Source: Podarcis pityusensis (Eukaryota). From it: a stretch of 64,000 bases of DNA. The stretch is taken from NCBI GenBank assembly GCA_964106645.2, contig OZ067038.1. The stretch is one strand, 5' to 3'. Position 1 is the stretch's first letter; every line of letters starts with the position of its first letter. The position numbers were made by a program, and so were the translations under genes. This document shows, piece after piece, positions 29,307-42,611 of this stretch. The notes under the pieces were generated by a model that saw nothing but the letters and a program-made list of their open reading frames with translations, made no database searches and was not told where the DNA came from.

Positions 29307-30374
29307 GTAAGTACCTTTGATTTCACTTTGGGTCTCCTGTTCCCTTCCACCCTCATCCCAGGGTTTAGATCATGCAAGATAATGAAGGGGGGGGCGTGTC
29401 TCAAGGCAATGGAAGGGGGCAGGCCTTTCTAAGAGGGGGAATAAAGAGGTATCAGGTTTTAAGGGAATGGTTTTTATGATTTGGACAATGTAGTTGCACA
29501 TGACATACTTCTGAATAAAAAGGTGAGGTAGAAATTATGTATCCTAAACAGAAGATAAATTAACATATTCACTGTCCATTTCATGCATATTAGGTAGTAG
29601 ACTAGCTACAGAAGCTCATTGCACAATAAAAATGGTTAAGTTTTAAAAAGTGCCAATAAGTTCTTCATTGTTTTTGCACACAGTGGCTTTGGATATGATG
29701 AAATGCAAATGCTTCATCACTCCTATTATTATATTCACCAACCTAAATTGAACAGTCACATTTTCCCCTATGGGGAGATCCAAAAGTTGAAACTATGTCA
29801 GAATCATACCAATCTCCTCATGGGTAAAGATGTGGAAGCTAAGTTGGTAACTGAGGCATCTGTGTTTCTTGTTTTTGCTGCTATTTGTTAGCTTGATGCT
29901 CTTCAGAGTCTGGAATTGTATTATGGGAGTATAAATAATTGGGAATCCAGGAGTGCCTTGAGACTTTGCTATGGCACTCTTAGCGTTTATCATACTTATC
30001 CCCCTACTTGCTCTCTTGTCCACATGGGCCAGGAGAGGTGGCTTCTGTTGTGGCTCTAAATGCCAGCCCTGGTAGAGAACCATGGAAAACAAGCTCTTCA
30101 AGATGAGTTACGTTCCTTTTCTAGTAGTTCTCTTGGAAGACATTTTCACAAAATAAAGCCAAAGGTTTTCTGTTCAAGAAATCCTTTGTTGCAGTGCCCC
30201 CATGTGGTAAAAGATTTAGTGTGCTGGCATGTTCTATATTGCTTTTGCTGCATGCAAAAGCATGAACATCATAATCCTCACGCAACATTATAACTTGAGA
30301 TTTTTTTTTTTAAAAATGCATGTGAAAATTGTGGCAATCATTTTGTTAACTGATAATATACCTATTATTTTCAG

Positions 30375-30498
30375 GCATTAGCAGGATCTGCCCATTCAGT
30401 TATGCACCATGGAATACCACTGCAGGCAGGAACGGCTCAATTTGGTTGCAATGATGCTTTTCAACAAACACTGATTATATGCCCTCCTACTCTCCAAG
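30375..30498 (+). CDS. HIPK3: HIPK3 exon 8 (ALAGSAHSVMHHGIPLQAG...CPPTLQ)
   Basis: tttcag|GCA...CAAG|gtatga; 124 nt; not in the ORF track, translated manually. Confidence 0.93.
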
Positions 30499-31728
30499 GT
30501 ATGAGGCAATTAAAATGACGTGTGATATAAAATTAGATATTCACTTGGTAGTTCAAAGAATCGTCAATTCAGCCTTTTGATAAAACCTACTACAATTAAC
30601 CAAGATTTTACTTCAGGTTTTCCATTTTCCTTGGATGATCTGATAACATTGAGAACTCTAGTGGACAAGTATTTTCAAGAAGATGAAATTGAAAGGTGAT
30701 AGTGGAGTCATATTATTGCATTTTGAGGCAAATTTCCTCACTTTTGTATCTAAATTCCACTGCACTTCCTTCCAGTGAACTAAAATAATCACATGGACCT
30801 CATGCATGAGTTGTCATTTTGAGAATATCTGTTGGAATCCATAGCCTACACTTATTCAGCGTTAATCTTACTTTACATGGTAAAAATCTAGAAGCACTGT
30901 GGGCCTTTCAGTGTTCCCTCTTTTTAGCCTGGCAGCCCTTGACGGTTGCTGTCTGGGTCATGTTTCCTAATATGGATCCTTCTGTAGTCTGTCAGCCCTT
31001 TGTTGCTGAAGATTCACTTTTACTTTTGCTTCCTTGACATAATTTATGTTATGCATCTTTATTTTTAAAAATCACATTTAGGAATGTAGGGCTAAAACAG
31101 TGCAGACTTTGTGGAATTTCTTTGAACGCCAATTACACGCGATGACTCCTCTGTCTAATAGGACTTGATGCAAAAGGCTTGCAACATATGTTCTCTGCTT
31201 AATCCCAGAACTAAAAAGGATACATCTGATGACTGAAGGGCTTATTTTACATAGGCGACACAGCCTATGTTATAATTTTCTGGCTAGGATACCTTTCTTG
31301 TGCTGAATGCTACACTGTGTCTCAAGTGAAGTGTTTCAGGTTTGGTTAATTTGTGGCATGCTGGCACTCGCGTTAATTGGTGCCCACCTCTGATAGAATC
31401 AGCATGGAAGCAAGTAGCCCCTGTGTTCCTCTACACTACAGCATTATCTTCTGATTCTCTGGTTGGCCTGCAGCAGATTTGAGCCTGGCTGCTTCAGTCC
31501 CATCTTGGCCATGGTGTATGAGGAGAGTGAGGAGTTTTGGGGGATGCTTCTGATTGCTAGATTATGGTTTAGGAATCAGGTCAGAAGCGATTTGGCCCCG
31601 GGTGATCACTGGACTGAGCAACATTTCCCTGAGCAAAGTTTGAATCAGGCTCAGAAATTAATTCTGTATGCTAACCTTTTATTAATTTGGATTCAATCTT
31701 AACTCCCCTTTTCATATTTGTGAATTAG

Positions 31729-31847
31729 GAATTCATGCTAATCATGGGAAGCCCAATGGTTACTCTGTAAGAGTTGATAATGCAGTGCCGTTGGTCACAC
31801 AGGCCCCAACCCTACAGCCACTCCAGATAAGAGGAGTCCTTTCTCAG
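31729..31847 (+). CDS. HIPK3: HIPK3 exon 9 ([27 protein letters not shown]...VLSQ)
   Basis: aattag|GA...CAG|gtatgt; 119 nt; translated manually. Confidence 0.93.
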
Positions 31848-32190
31848 GTATGTTGTTTGATGCTGTAGGTTTCACATTTTCAGAGTCATAAACATTAGTT
31901 AGCTTGACAGATTCTGAAGTAATATCACATCAGTCGAGAGGGACTGTAGATTAGTGACAGGCCAAATGCTTTGCATGTAATCTGTCTCGGCGTTACACTC
32001 CCTGCATTACCATGTAAAAGGACCTTTGGGCAGCTGGACTGATAAGATCTGTTATCACAGCCGTCCGAGAGCTGCTGCCAGTCTGTTCTGACAGTACTTT
32101 GGGCTAAATGGACCAGCGGCCTAACTTGAAAAAAGGATGCTAAACATATTGGGATGTAGTTATTCATAATGCTTTATGTGTTTACAACAG

Positions 32191-32312
32191 ACGTGGTCTA
32201 ACAGAACACAGCAGATACTGCTTCCAGCATGGCAACAAGTGACGCCTGTGGCTCCTCCTACAACACTAGCTTCTGATTCTGTGGCTGGCCCGCAGAGACT
32301 TGGAGACTGGGG
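32191..32312 (+). CDS. HIPK3: HIPK3 exon 10 (TWSNRTQQILLPAWQQ...RLGDW)
   Basis: acaacag|ACG...GG|gtacgt; 122 nt; followed by a 95-nt intron. Confidence 0.93.
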
Positions 32313-32407
32313 GTACGTCAAAACAGTATTTTGATTTTGTGCTTGAAAACTAAGTACGCAACTCTGCTATATTTTAATAAGGATGTGTTTTTCTCCGTTC
32401 TCCCTAG

Positions 32408-32569
32408 GAAGATGATTCCCCATGGCAACCATTACAACTCGGTGATGACACAGTCTCTGTTAACCAATCAAATAACTTTATCTGCTCCTCAACCAATCAG
32501 TGTGGGCATTGCACATGTAGTCTGGCCTCAGCCCACACCAACCAAGAGAAATAAAGTGTGCCAGAACAG
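32408..32569 (+). CDS. HIPK3: HIPK3 exon 11 (KMIPHGNHYNSVM...CQN)
   Basis: ccctag|G...AG|gttggt; 162 nt; VGIAHVV motif. Confidence 0.94.
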
Positions 32570-33629
32570 GTTGGTTTTATACGGTGCCTGTGGATCATTT
32601 AGATGTAAAAAATAATCATCATTCTTTCAAAATCCCTTTAAAAAGGGGCTGTATATTTATGAATGCTGCATGCTCGCCAAGGTGTTACACCTCAAACTAG
32701 TTTGTTTAGAACATTTATTTCTTTAAACATTAAATACTGTGTTACAGTTCAAATTGATCAGAAGCCTACCCGTTAAAACCAAGGGATGGTAACAAAATGA
32801 GAAATAATGTAAAGTAGCATTTGCTGCCCTTTGATCTTCTCTCTTCTTGTGACAAAAGTGGCTTTGACTATATTTATCTGCAGAAATAGACTTTGGTTTG
32901 GTTATTTAAGAATTGCAGGTAGACGCAGTTAGCAGTTCCTAGACTCATGTGCATGAGGAATTGTAAAATTTGGACTATTGAAAATAGAGACATTGTATAA
33001 TAGTCATAATATGACTTAGAATAGTATTAAGAATAGTCTTTCTTTTGCTGGCAGCAAGAAACACTTTAAGTGCTCTGTGGAGAAAATGTGCCCCATCACT
33101 ACAGAAGTTATTTACAAAGGTATGGGACATTTCAGTAATGGAGAAACGTAAGACCGGGAAGGACAGTTACACTGGTGAACTATGTTAAGTAACCCCTGAT
33201 TCATGTCCCCTGAAGTCAGTGAACACAATTCCTGATGGATTTTGAATCTGATTCAAAAATGTTTATGGTGTCCAAGCCAGCATTTCTTCATTCCTTCTTT
33301 CCTTTTTAAGAGAATGGTATCTTCAGCGTATTGTACTACATTTCATTGGTAAATCCAACTTTGAACCTTGCATTGCAGCACCTGAACAACCCTGCTTGTG
33401 ATATGCAATAGTTACCTGAAACGTTTTCCATGATTGCTCTGGAAAACAACATTTACAGTGTTACCTGTATGTTCATTGTTTTATGTTTCATGCGTTGATT
33501 TATATTCATTGCTGTTTCAAAGTCTTACGTTCTAGTTTGAGTCAATTTGGGGAGGGTGAAGTAAAGTTACTGCATTTGTTTGATAAAGAACATCTTTATG
33601 ACATGTCTAAATAAATGTCTTCTTCGCAG

Positions 33630-33926
33630 GAGTAATGTGTTACAAAATACCAATATCCAAAATTCAGCATTTGTGTCTCCAAAGATAAGCAATGGAAAGG
33701 CTGATGAGAAGCTAAGCTGTGCAGAAACACAGGACAATTGTAACTCGGTTGGTCAGGAAAGCAACTGTTGCAAACCACCCGTCAGGCAGGACCCTGATTC
33801 ATCTGTTTCAAACAAACAGCGACAGGCTATCATTATTGCAGATTCCCCAAGCCCACCAGTCAGTGTGATCACCATCAGCAGTGACACGGATGAAGATGAT
33901 GTGGCACAAAGGCATTCATTTGCAGA
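33630..33926 (+). CDS. HIPK3: HIPK3 exon 12, containing the SUMO-interaction motif VSVITISSDTDE
   Basis: tcgcag|G...GA|gtaagt; 297 nt; HIPK-family SIM/PEST region. Confidence 0.95.
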
Positions 33927-34245
33927 GTAAGTAGTAGCTTTGGGCTTATTTTAACTTCCCTTTTCCTCAGGGTTGTGCTGGAGAGCTGGTGTTTTGGTGA
34001 TAGTAAGAGGAACTTCCTAAATATACAGCCCCAGTACATTCACTTGAATCAGCTTAAATCACTTGGAACACGGCTGCCACCTCTAGGCGGCAGGTTGTTA
34101 CACCTCTTTGAGTTTACAGCTTTCAGCCTTTGTAGTATAGCTTAGCACACAGTTGGCACTAAATCAATGCAGCTAGAAGTTGCAATTGACGTTTAGCGAG
34201 AAGTGTGCAGGATGAATGTTTTATTTATGTATGTTTGCATTTCAG

Positions 34246-34386
34246 ATGTAAAGGGAGCCTAGATTGTGAAGCTTGCCAGAGTACGCTAAATATTGACCGT
34301 GTGTGTTCATTAAGCAGTCCTGACAGCACTTTGAGCTCTAGTTCTTCTGGACAATCCAGTCCATCCCCTCGCAAAAGACCCAACAG
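34246..34386 (+). CDS. HIPK3: HIPK3 exon 13 (CKGSLDCEACQS...KRPN)
   Basis: tttcag|A...AG|gtaaga; 141 nt. Confidence 0.95.
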
Positions 34387-36368
34387 GTAAGAAATGTACA
34401 TAACTGGGTTTGATGTCCCTGTGTGGCAATAAGACCTCAGAGTCCCATTTCTAAAACCTATTTCTGGAAGCATTCTTAAGCATAGTGTAATGTTTACATA
34501 GTGTAATGTTTTGATCATACTTGCCTCAACTCTCTGTATATGTGACAATGCTTCTGTGCACTGGATTTTTTGGAACAAGGGTTAGGGTAATAAGGAGAAG
34601 CCTTAGTATGCCGGATATTGCCTGTCACTGTTAGCCTTCTGTAAAGTCTTGATAATTCTGTTAACATAACTGTTTGGATAGATAGATATATTATTTGAGT
34701 ATGTGGATGAATCATTTCCCATCAAATATCTGTTAAGTGATTTTACAGTAAAAAAATATCAAAAATAAAACCATTCCCTATGTAAAAACAATTACAAATC
34801 CAATACAGAGATTGTCACTTAAAAGGCTTGTTTAAAAAGGAAGGTCTTCCATAGGCAGTGGGGAAAAAACCATAGAAATGGAGCCTTCCTGATTTTTAAT
34901 GTTTGGTTATGCCAATCATATAGTTTCTGAAGATAGAAAATAATGAATCTTAAAGATAATGGTCAGCAGCACCTTTCTATTATTGTACGCCCAACTGGTT
35001 CTGTGGTTTTCTTGTAATCTAATAGTGATAGATCAGTTGCATCACTATTTCTTGGATATAAATTTAAATCCATTGTTGAGTTAAATAATTAAGTATTGCA
35101 GAGCGAACTCAAATGAGCAGCTCTGTGCAGTTGTGAAAATCATGGATTTGTATCATTTTAAAGATCCTTTATAAAATTACCTTGCTGCCCTGACAACGAT
35201 TGCCATGACAACTATGCAACCCTAATTAAAAAGATGAAAGGAATTGCTAGGGCTGAGCCAGATGTCCTCCAGTGAATATTTTTGACATGCAAAAGAGGCT
35301 TCACCACCTCCAATTGTTAAGATTAAAGAGTCCCCCCAAGCTTACATTTTTAAACTTGGTTTGTAGTCCTAATCAGCTACAGAATTGGTGTCACTTTTTA
35401 TTTGAAAGATAACCCTTTCCTACCTAGCAGCAGTAACATAGATATGCAGCTATTCAGATTTGGCTACATGACATCACTTAGGGTAAATGAAGTTAATTTA
35501 GCTTTAGAGTGATGTTACAGTTACTAGAATGGATAATAAATGGCAATGAAGTTGCAGCTTCATTGGGGTCTGCAACAGGGTTGCTGCCATCTGAATGATG
35601 GTAGGTGGAATATACATGGACACTACCTGTGTTTTGGTTGGGGGCATCTACTTCCCTTCCCCTAGGTGTGGTCTGCTGGCAGAATTAAAGTCTTTTCTGG
35701 TGTGAGTGCCACCAGAAATTGACCAGCAGTCAAATTGGTGGATCAGGGCTGATATTTATTTTACTGTTAGTTTATTTCATTTTAAAACATTTATAGGCTG
35801 AATTTAGGTGTAAAACTCTCAAGGTGGCTTCAATAATTATGGAGTAAAATATCAACAGTATTTTCCAAACACCAAGCAATACTAAATCTAGCAGTATGAA
35901 ACATCCAGCCCCCCCAAAGAAACCTTAACTATTACCAAAACCATCAGCAACAAGAGAAAACAATAAACAAAACTAAATACACATGCTGTCTGCCCTTTCG
36001 TCATAAAAACTTAGAAGTTGCTTAAAACCAGTGACTAGTGAAAAGTGGTCTTGGGGAGAGTGAATTGGGATAAGAGTGCAGCATCTCCATTCATAAGTAT
36101 TGGTTGATTTCTTGGGGAAAGGTACATTTTATGTACAGATCTGAAGCTCCTTGGTTTTTTGAAGATGTCCACACTTTCCCTAGTAGTTAGTTTATAGAAT
36201 GAAACTTGGATTGATTTTGGAAAGCTGGAAGTTTAGAGTCAAGAACTTCAGCTCTCCTGTTTAAACTTAATTTTTCCCGTTTTTATTTTGTTTTGTTTTT
36301 GGATGTTTGCTGCAAAAGGAATGAATGTGATGTACCCTTCATAATGCTGCTTTACTTTATTTCTGTAG

Positions 36369-36598
36369 TATGTCAGATGATGAACAAGAAAGTGACACTG
36401 TGGATGGTTCTCCCAGTTCAGAGTCTTCAGGCCATGACAGTCCATTCCTAGAAAATAGTTTTGCAGAAGACACCAATGAAAACCCAGAAACAAGAACCTC
36501 AGCTAACTTGGAAGCCAAACCAGCTGTCTGTACTGTGGTGGTCCCACCAATGAGGATAGAGAACAGGTTAAATGCAGATGAGCAAATTACAAATGCAG
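36369..36598 (+). CDS. HIPK3: HIPK3 exon 14 (MSDDEQESDTVDGSPSS...ITNA)
   Basis: ctgtag|T...GCAG|gtaatt; 230 nt. Confidence 0.94.
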
Positions 36599-37174
36599 GT
36601 AATTGGTGCTTATGTGTTTTCTGTGCTGGCCACATTTTGTTCAATGTAGATTGCATGAATGGAGGACCACCTGGGTAACAGATCATTTCCTGTCTCTTCT
36701 CCTGTATCCTCAAAAACCCTCTCTGGGGGGGACGGGACTCCTTTGAATAGTATGGATTGTGGGGTGGGGTCTTTATGCAGAGGAGTGAGTCACTGAAATC
36801 TGTGCAGAGACACACTTGCAGATATTTCTGTCCAATTTTCATGGACTGCTATCTCTGCTTGGTTCTGCATGCACCCCAGTGAAAATAGGGCACACACCAT
36901 GCAAGATTTCGCCCTGTGGTTTTCAACAATTTCTTCCTCTGCCTGAATCCTCACAGGCTACAGCCTAAGAGGGTCTCCTGGCCCTCCAGAGAGGTTTTTG
37001 GGGGTGCACTTCCCCCCCGAACCAATAATAATATGGGATGTGTATGGTTTGTTATCTTCTCCCTTGAATGTTCTAATGTTTTACAGTTTTAATGTTTACC
37101 ATTAAGATGAATAAAGTGAAAACATTAGAAGCAACCCTGATGTATCCTATGTTGATCTTTTCATATTTTGCTAG

Positions 37175-37302
37175 TTACCACCTGTCAACCACTGGTAAAA
37201 CGCCGATCTGCCCGTATAAAAACAAACCATCCTTCTGGCTTGGGCAATCGTCAACGAAAATTGATATCAGCATTCCATCAGCAGCACTCAAACCTCAGTC
37301 AG
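37175..37302 (+). CDS. HIPK3: HIPK3 exon 15 (VTTCQPLVKRRS...HSNLSQ)
   Basis: ttgctag|TT...CAG|gtatgt; 128 nt; restores phase 0 for the last exon. Confidence 0.9.
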
Positions 37303-38361
37303 GTATGTATGTAAATATTGCAATGTAGAGATATTTTTATTAGTTCAGATATTTTAATGTTGAAATCTACTGCACACACATGACTCAAACCCACCCCCAC
37401 TACTTCATCTGCACACTGACCTTTGTTAACTATAATTTTAATCAAATTAACCAAAGAGAAACTTTCAGACTGGTTGAGATATCAGGTAGAGACAATTAAC
37501 ATGCAGTATGCTGGGCTTCCTCGAAGTCTAAATAGCAACTGCAGTGCATACATAGTTTGATATCCCAGTTCCTGATGGTGGAGTAGACCACTACAAACAT
37601 ATGACATCAATCTTCCAGAGTCTGCATTTGACACTCTATTTCTTTTCTAGCGTAACACAAGATTCTGGTTTGGACCTAAAGCTCTAAATGGCTTTGAACC
37701 TACCTATCTAAGGGGCTGCCATTCTTCTGTAGATGCTTTCCTGAGGATACCTTTTACACACCAGATAATACTGAGGACTCGTACAGTGGTATTTTCTGTG
37801 AATGTTGCGAGTGGTTAAGCATACAGCAAGAAATTGTATCTACACGTACATTTTGGGCGATATTCTGTTAATGAGTCCTGTCAGTACAAGCATTTCACAA
37901 TGGGATTTCCCCCCTTCTCTGCCTGTGTAGGCCCATGTCCTCACCGAGTCTGTTCCAGAGAGTTGGAAACAGATTTGGTGGGTGGGTGGAGGGTGGGAGG
38001 AGAGGGCTATAACTTCCCATTTCCCAAGCAGAAATGTTTGCTCCGACAGAACGTTTGCCTTAGTGCTTTCTTTGATTCCATCCATTGTGTTCAAGTCTGA
38101 GAGCACCTTCAAAAAGTTGTGTAGGAGCTGCTCCTTCATAGTTATGTTTTTTTTCTTAAACAAGAAAGAGGATTAAACAAAGCCATTGAGAAAAGTTAAT
38201 TTAATTCAAATACTGGCTCTGGCAATACCTTGAAAGGCCGCAGTATATGTGACATGACCACAACGGCATGGATAAGTGGGACTTGTGTGATTTGCCCTAC
38301 TTGCGTAGTTGTGATATTTACATTGGGACATGCATACACATACACCATAGTTGTGTAGGAG

Positions 38362-38362
<1 letters not shown>

Positions 38363-38399
<37 letters not shown>
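38363..38399. repeat. (CA)n microsatellite
   Basis: Seen directly. Confidence 0.95.
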
Positions 38400-38401
<2 letters not shown>

Positions 38402-39499
38402 TAGTATGATTCATTTGAATGTGAAAGTGGGCCAAAGTCTAAGTGTTACCCAGTAAGTTTTGTTTTGTTTAAGCATATTTGCTGGTGCTTTGGATCAGTG
38501 TGGATCTGGTTTATTCATGCATTCATTTGTGTTTTGTGCTACAAAATATGTGACTTATGTGTGCTTGTTTTCAACTCATAGATAAGTTTTCTAGAAGTCT
38601 CATGACTATATTGAGAAGCATAACTTATAATTTGGTTATTCATATATTCATGAGTTTGTAGATTCCTTTGAAAAAAATCTAGTTGAAATTCTCTCATTGT
38701 ATTTCCATATATAGGTGTGCACAATATCATTTGTGATGTTACATATAGATTGGTTTTAAGGGGCAGGGTTCAAGAGAGAAACTTCAAAACTAATATAGTC
38801 AAATTTACCTGAAGGTATTCTGAACTGCCTCTCCAATTGCATCACATATCCAGTGTCAGATAATGTGATCAATAATTCATATAAAAAGCTTTGAGCTTCT
38901 TAATTCATAATGCCATACATCATAGTCTATAAATTGTTCTTATAATAGGGGACATTAACTGTTGGCTCTCAAGCCATTCACATGAGAGGTCTTGTCTAAT
39001 TCCCAGTTGCCAGAACTATTTTGTTTTCCACTTTCCGCCAGTCCCAACATTATAAGATGGGGTGGAACAGAAGATAGGCTGTTCTTCCTGTCACAGTATG
39101 AGGATTTTGGGGTCACCAGGTTCAGAATAGGAGAAAAAACACAACTGCACACAATGGATTTGGATTTGCAAATGAAAGAGCTCCTTCCATTCACAGACAG
39201 AACTGTGATTTAGTGGAGGCTTCTATGGGGGAGGGGGGAGAGAAGAAGGGAAGCGATTTTCCAATTTCTCCTTCCCCTAGAGCCTCCAGTGCCGCCTCTC
39301 ACATGGTTCCAGAGGGTCCTCCAACCCTCTAGGGTAGCTTTTCAGAGGGCTGTAGAGGGACAGACATAAGTAAAAATTGCCTGCTCCCCCCTTCAGTGGG
39401 AATATTCTATGATCAAAGTTTCACTTAAAGAAACTCTGGATCCAGGTCAACAAATATTAAAATTAGGAGCTGTAATTGCTGCAGTACGTGTTGACCAAC

Positions 39500-39947
39500 A
39501 CTAATTTGCATGGCTTTAAAAAGGAATGGACAAATTCAAGGTGGATAATTCCGTCAGGCTATTCCAATCCTAACTAGATGGAAACTCTATATTCAAAGAT
39601 GATATACCTCTGAGTACCAGATGGTGGGGACAAACTGAGGATGATTTTCCTCATGCCTTGCTTCTAATCTTCTCAGAAGCATCTAGCCCAGGTGTCTTCA
39701 AGCTTTTCAGACCAACGACCCACTTCCAACCCAAACATGCATTTGGGGACTCATTTCTTAACCTTTTACCATATATTTGCATGGTGATGGTGCTCCTGTT
39801 GTGTGACCCACCTTGGGTCAGGCTGTGACCCACAAGTATGGCCCCATCCCACCAGCTGAAGACCACTGATCTAGCTGACCATTTATGGGAACAAAATGCC
39901 AAACCAGACGACCCCTTGGTTTGATCCAGCAGCGTAGTTCTTATGCT
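39500..39947 (+). mobile_element. CR1 3' tail interrupted by a hAT MITE (39689-39868)
   Basis: ggctttaaaaaggaatggacaaattc...tgatccagcagcgtagttcttatg. Insert TIR CAGGTGTCTTCA / TGAAGACCACTG with 7/8 TSD atctagcc/atctagct. Confidence 0.75.
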
Positions 39948-40126
39948 TGTGGGGTGGTGGACATATATGACCACAAGGAGGTGGAGGAAGCCCATCCCCA
40001 AAGATGTTTCAGGCAGTGTTGGTGGGAACAGAAGAAAGATTGTTTAGATGTGATAGCTGTCCACTTTGGAGACGGGGGAATCTTGTATTTACTACTTGAA
40101 ATTAATTGCAGTTTCTCTTGAGACAG

Positions 40127-40600
40127 GTTCAACACTTTGGATCTGGGTCTCAGGAGTGGAATGGAAACTGTGGTCATTGGAGACAGCAGGCTTATATCCC
40201 AGCTAATGTTGCCAGTCATGCATTCTCCCTTCAACATGGAAGTCCCACTCATACCTCAGTCCATGCACATTTGGCTGGAAGTACACATCTTGGAGGACAG
40301 CCTGCTATTCTGCCGTATCCATCATCTGCGCCCCTCACTACTGCTGCTCCCGTTGCCCACATCCTAGCCTCACCATGTACCTCAAGACCGATCTTACAGC
40401 ATCCCACTTACAGTATCTCTCATCATGGTGGCCTAGTTCACCAGGTCCCAGTGGGAATAAATCCCCGACTGCTACCTTCCCCAACCATCCACCAGACTCA
40501 GTACAAACCAATTTTCCCACCACATTCTTACATTGCATCACCTGCTTACACAGGATTTCCATTGAGTCCAACGAAACTCAGCCAGTATCCATTTATGTGA
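40127..40600 (+). CDS. HIPK3: HIPK3 last coding exon (His/Pro/Tyr-rich C-terminus, TGA stop)
   Basis: gagacag|GTT CAA CAC...ATG TGA; ends YTGFPLSPTKLSQYPFM. Confidence 0.96.
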   Translation, partial: VQHFGSGSQEWNGNCGHWRQQAYIPANVASHAFSLQHGSPTHTSVHAHLAGSTHLGGQPAILPYPSSAPLTTAAPVAHILASPCTSRPILQHPTYSISHHGGLVHQVPVGINPRLLPSPTIHQTQYKPIFPPHSYIASPAYTGFPLSPTKLSQYPFM

Positions 40601-42527
40601 GAACTCAAGTACGCTGACAGAGCTCAGTGATACATACATGTGATTTGAGAGGAAAACATGGTATTTAATAAATATTAGCCATGGCACAACAAAAAGATAT
40701 TTTTTTTAATCATGTTAGACTTGGGTGCAATTTAAACAACCTTGAGCTTTAACTCACTTTTAATGTGTTTTTGCACATTTGGTATAAATTTGTCTTTAGT
40801 CATGTTATCTTCTTATAGAGTAACTCCAGACAGGTGACTTATGGGAGCAGAAATCCAGTTTTGCTCCTACTATTTTTTATAAAATTGCCTTCTAACTAGT
40901 GCGAGACACGTCTACATTTGGGAAGCCATTGAGTGTACAGATTTAGAGCAACAGATGCACATGTGTCATCAGTATCATGTATGAGTAACTTGTTTGTATT
41001 ATGTATCTTGGTGTTCAGTGTCGAGTCACTTATCTAAAAAAGGTTGAGCTGTTCTTCACATTGCATGTGTCCTTTGCATGGGCAAAAACAAAGTTGCCTA
41101 GAAATTTGCTCTTAAATGTTGGTGTCCTAATAATCTCAGCTGCATTGTAAACTGTTCCCACACATAGTGCCTTAAATATTTGAGGTTGTTAATGTTACTA
41201 TATTATAAATGTTGAGGACTGCAGCACTTAACATTCAGTTTTGCTGATTATTTCATAGAGTTATGCGCTCTCTCTCTCTCTCTTTTTTTTTATTTGTGTG
41301 TGGTATGATTTTAGTATAGGTTGTGATTTCTTTATCTAGGGGACAGCATGTTTTGCTGTAGCTGAATTTTGCTGTCTAATATTTCCCCCCAAATGATCAG
41401 CTTCATGGAAAGCATTTTGTAGTTCATAGGAAAAGTTGATTCAGTAGCTGTTGAGTTAAAAAAATGGTGTTTTATACTGTTCAGTGGAACTGCAATACAA
41501 TCTAAGTAATTTATTTTCAAAGTGTTTAAGTCCAACTGGATTTTAATAACCTGTTAGAGGTGCAGTAGGCATGACTTGGCTAGATTATGAAAGAAAAAAG
41601 CAAAATGCTCATTGATTCATGCTGTGGTTTCATCTTAGCTTGAGCAAACCATGCAGTATTTAATAAATAGTAGCAGAATATTTACTATTGAAGCTTGAAA
41701 AGGTGTGAGTACTTTGTGTGCAATTTTTCATTTATGCATGGGAGAGATTTTAGCCTTTTTACATCTAGTATTTGTTCTAGCCTTTTTTGGGGGTGGGGGT
41801 ATTTTCTTATTTAATACATTCCGTCAGGGACAACAAATTACATGCATTTTCCCCTCTAGGAAGTGCATCATTTCTCTCTGTGTGTGTGTGTGTGTTTTTT
41901 TTTGTTCTTGTTCAAATAAGATTGCTTTTGCAGCACCAAAGACTTAATCATCCATTTCCTATTAAAAGGTAGCTACTTTTTTCATAGACCTCAAGTGTAG
42001 TGATAGGGATGGTGTTTTAAAAGGAGGGTATTAAAGTGAGGTTGTGTTTTAGCTTATGAGGCAAGTAATAAATTGTATCATCTATCTTGAATGTATCATA
42101 GATAAGCTGCTATATAATGATTGCCACTTCAGATAGCTGTGAAATTAGGTGATTTAACTAGTTCTTACCCTTCTAATTTCTGTATAAGTCTAATGACATG
42201 AAATGGAAGTATGGGGTTGATTTTGTTTTTGTTTGCTTTCATGTTTGGAGTGTTGTAACTACTATATTGTAAATGATGGAAGACAATTGCATATGTTATT
42301 TTGGGGTGTGTTATTTGCATCAGTATTTTATCTCCATTAACTATCATTGCATATAAATGGGTGTATCCATGTAATTTAATTTGTATGTGTTCATATTGAC
42401 ATTGTGTAGACACTTAAGAAAACTATCTTGGTGGCTTGACTTAACTTTTTTTTTATATAAACAAAGATTCTGGAATACAGTTATTGCAGCATAGACTGGA
42501 ATAGGAGTGCAAAGGGTTTCTCTCAAG

Positions 42528-42611
42528 CACAATCCTAGGCATGTTTACTTAAAAGTAATTCCCACAGAGTTCAGTGGGCATTACTTCTAGGAAAGTGTGA
42601 GGATTGCAGCC
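42528..42611. repeat. Short palindromic MITE-like repeat in the 3'UTR (related copy ~13140-13229)
   Basis: cacaatcc...ggattgcagcc inverted ends. Confidence 0.5.

Noticed and set aside
32570-33629. Missing extra HIPK3 exon (the ~21-aa insert of the long human isoform)
   Set aside because: Exons 11 and 12 join in frame without it; to my knowledge that insert is primate-specific, so absence is expected.
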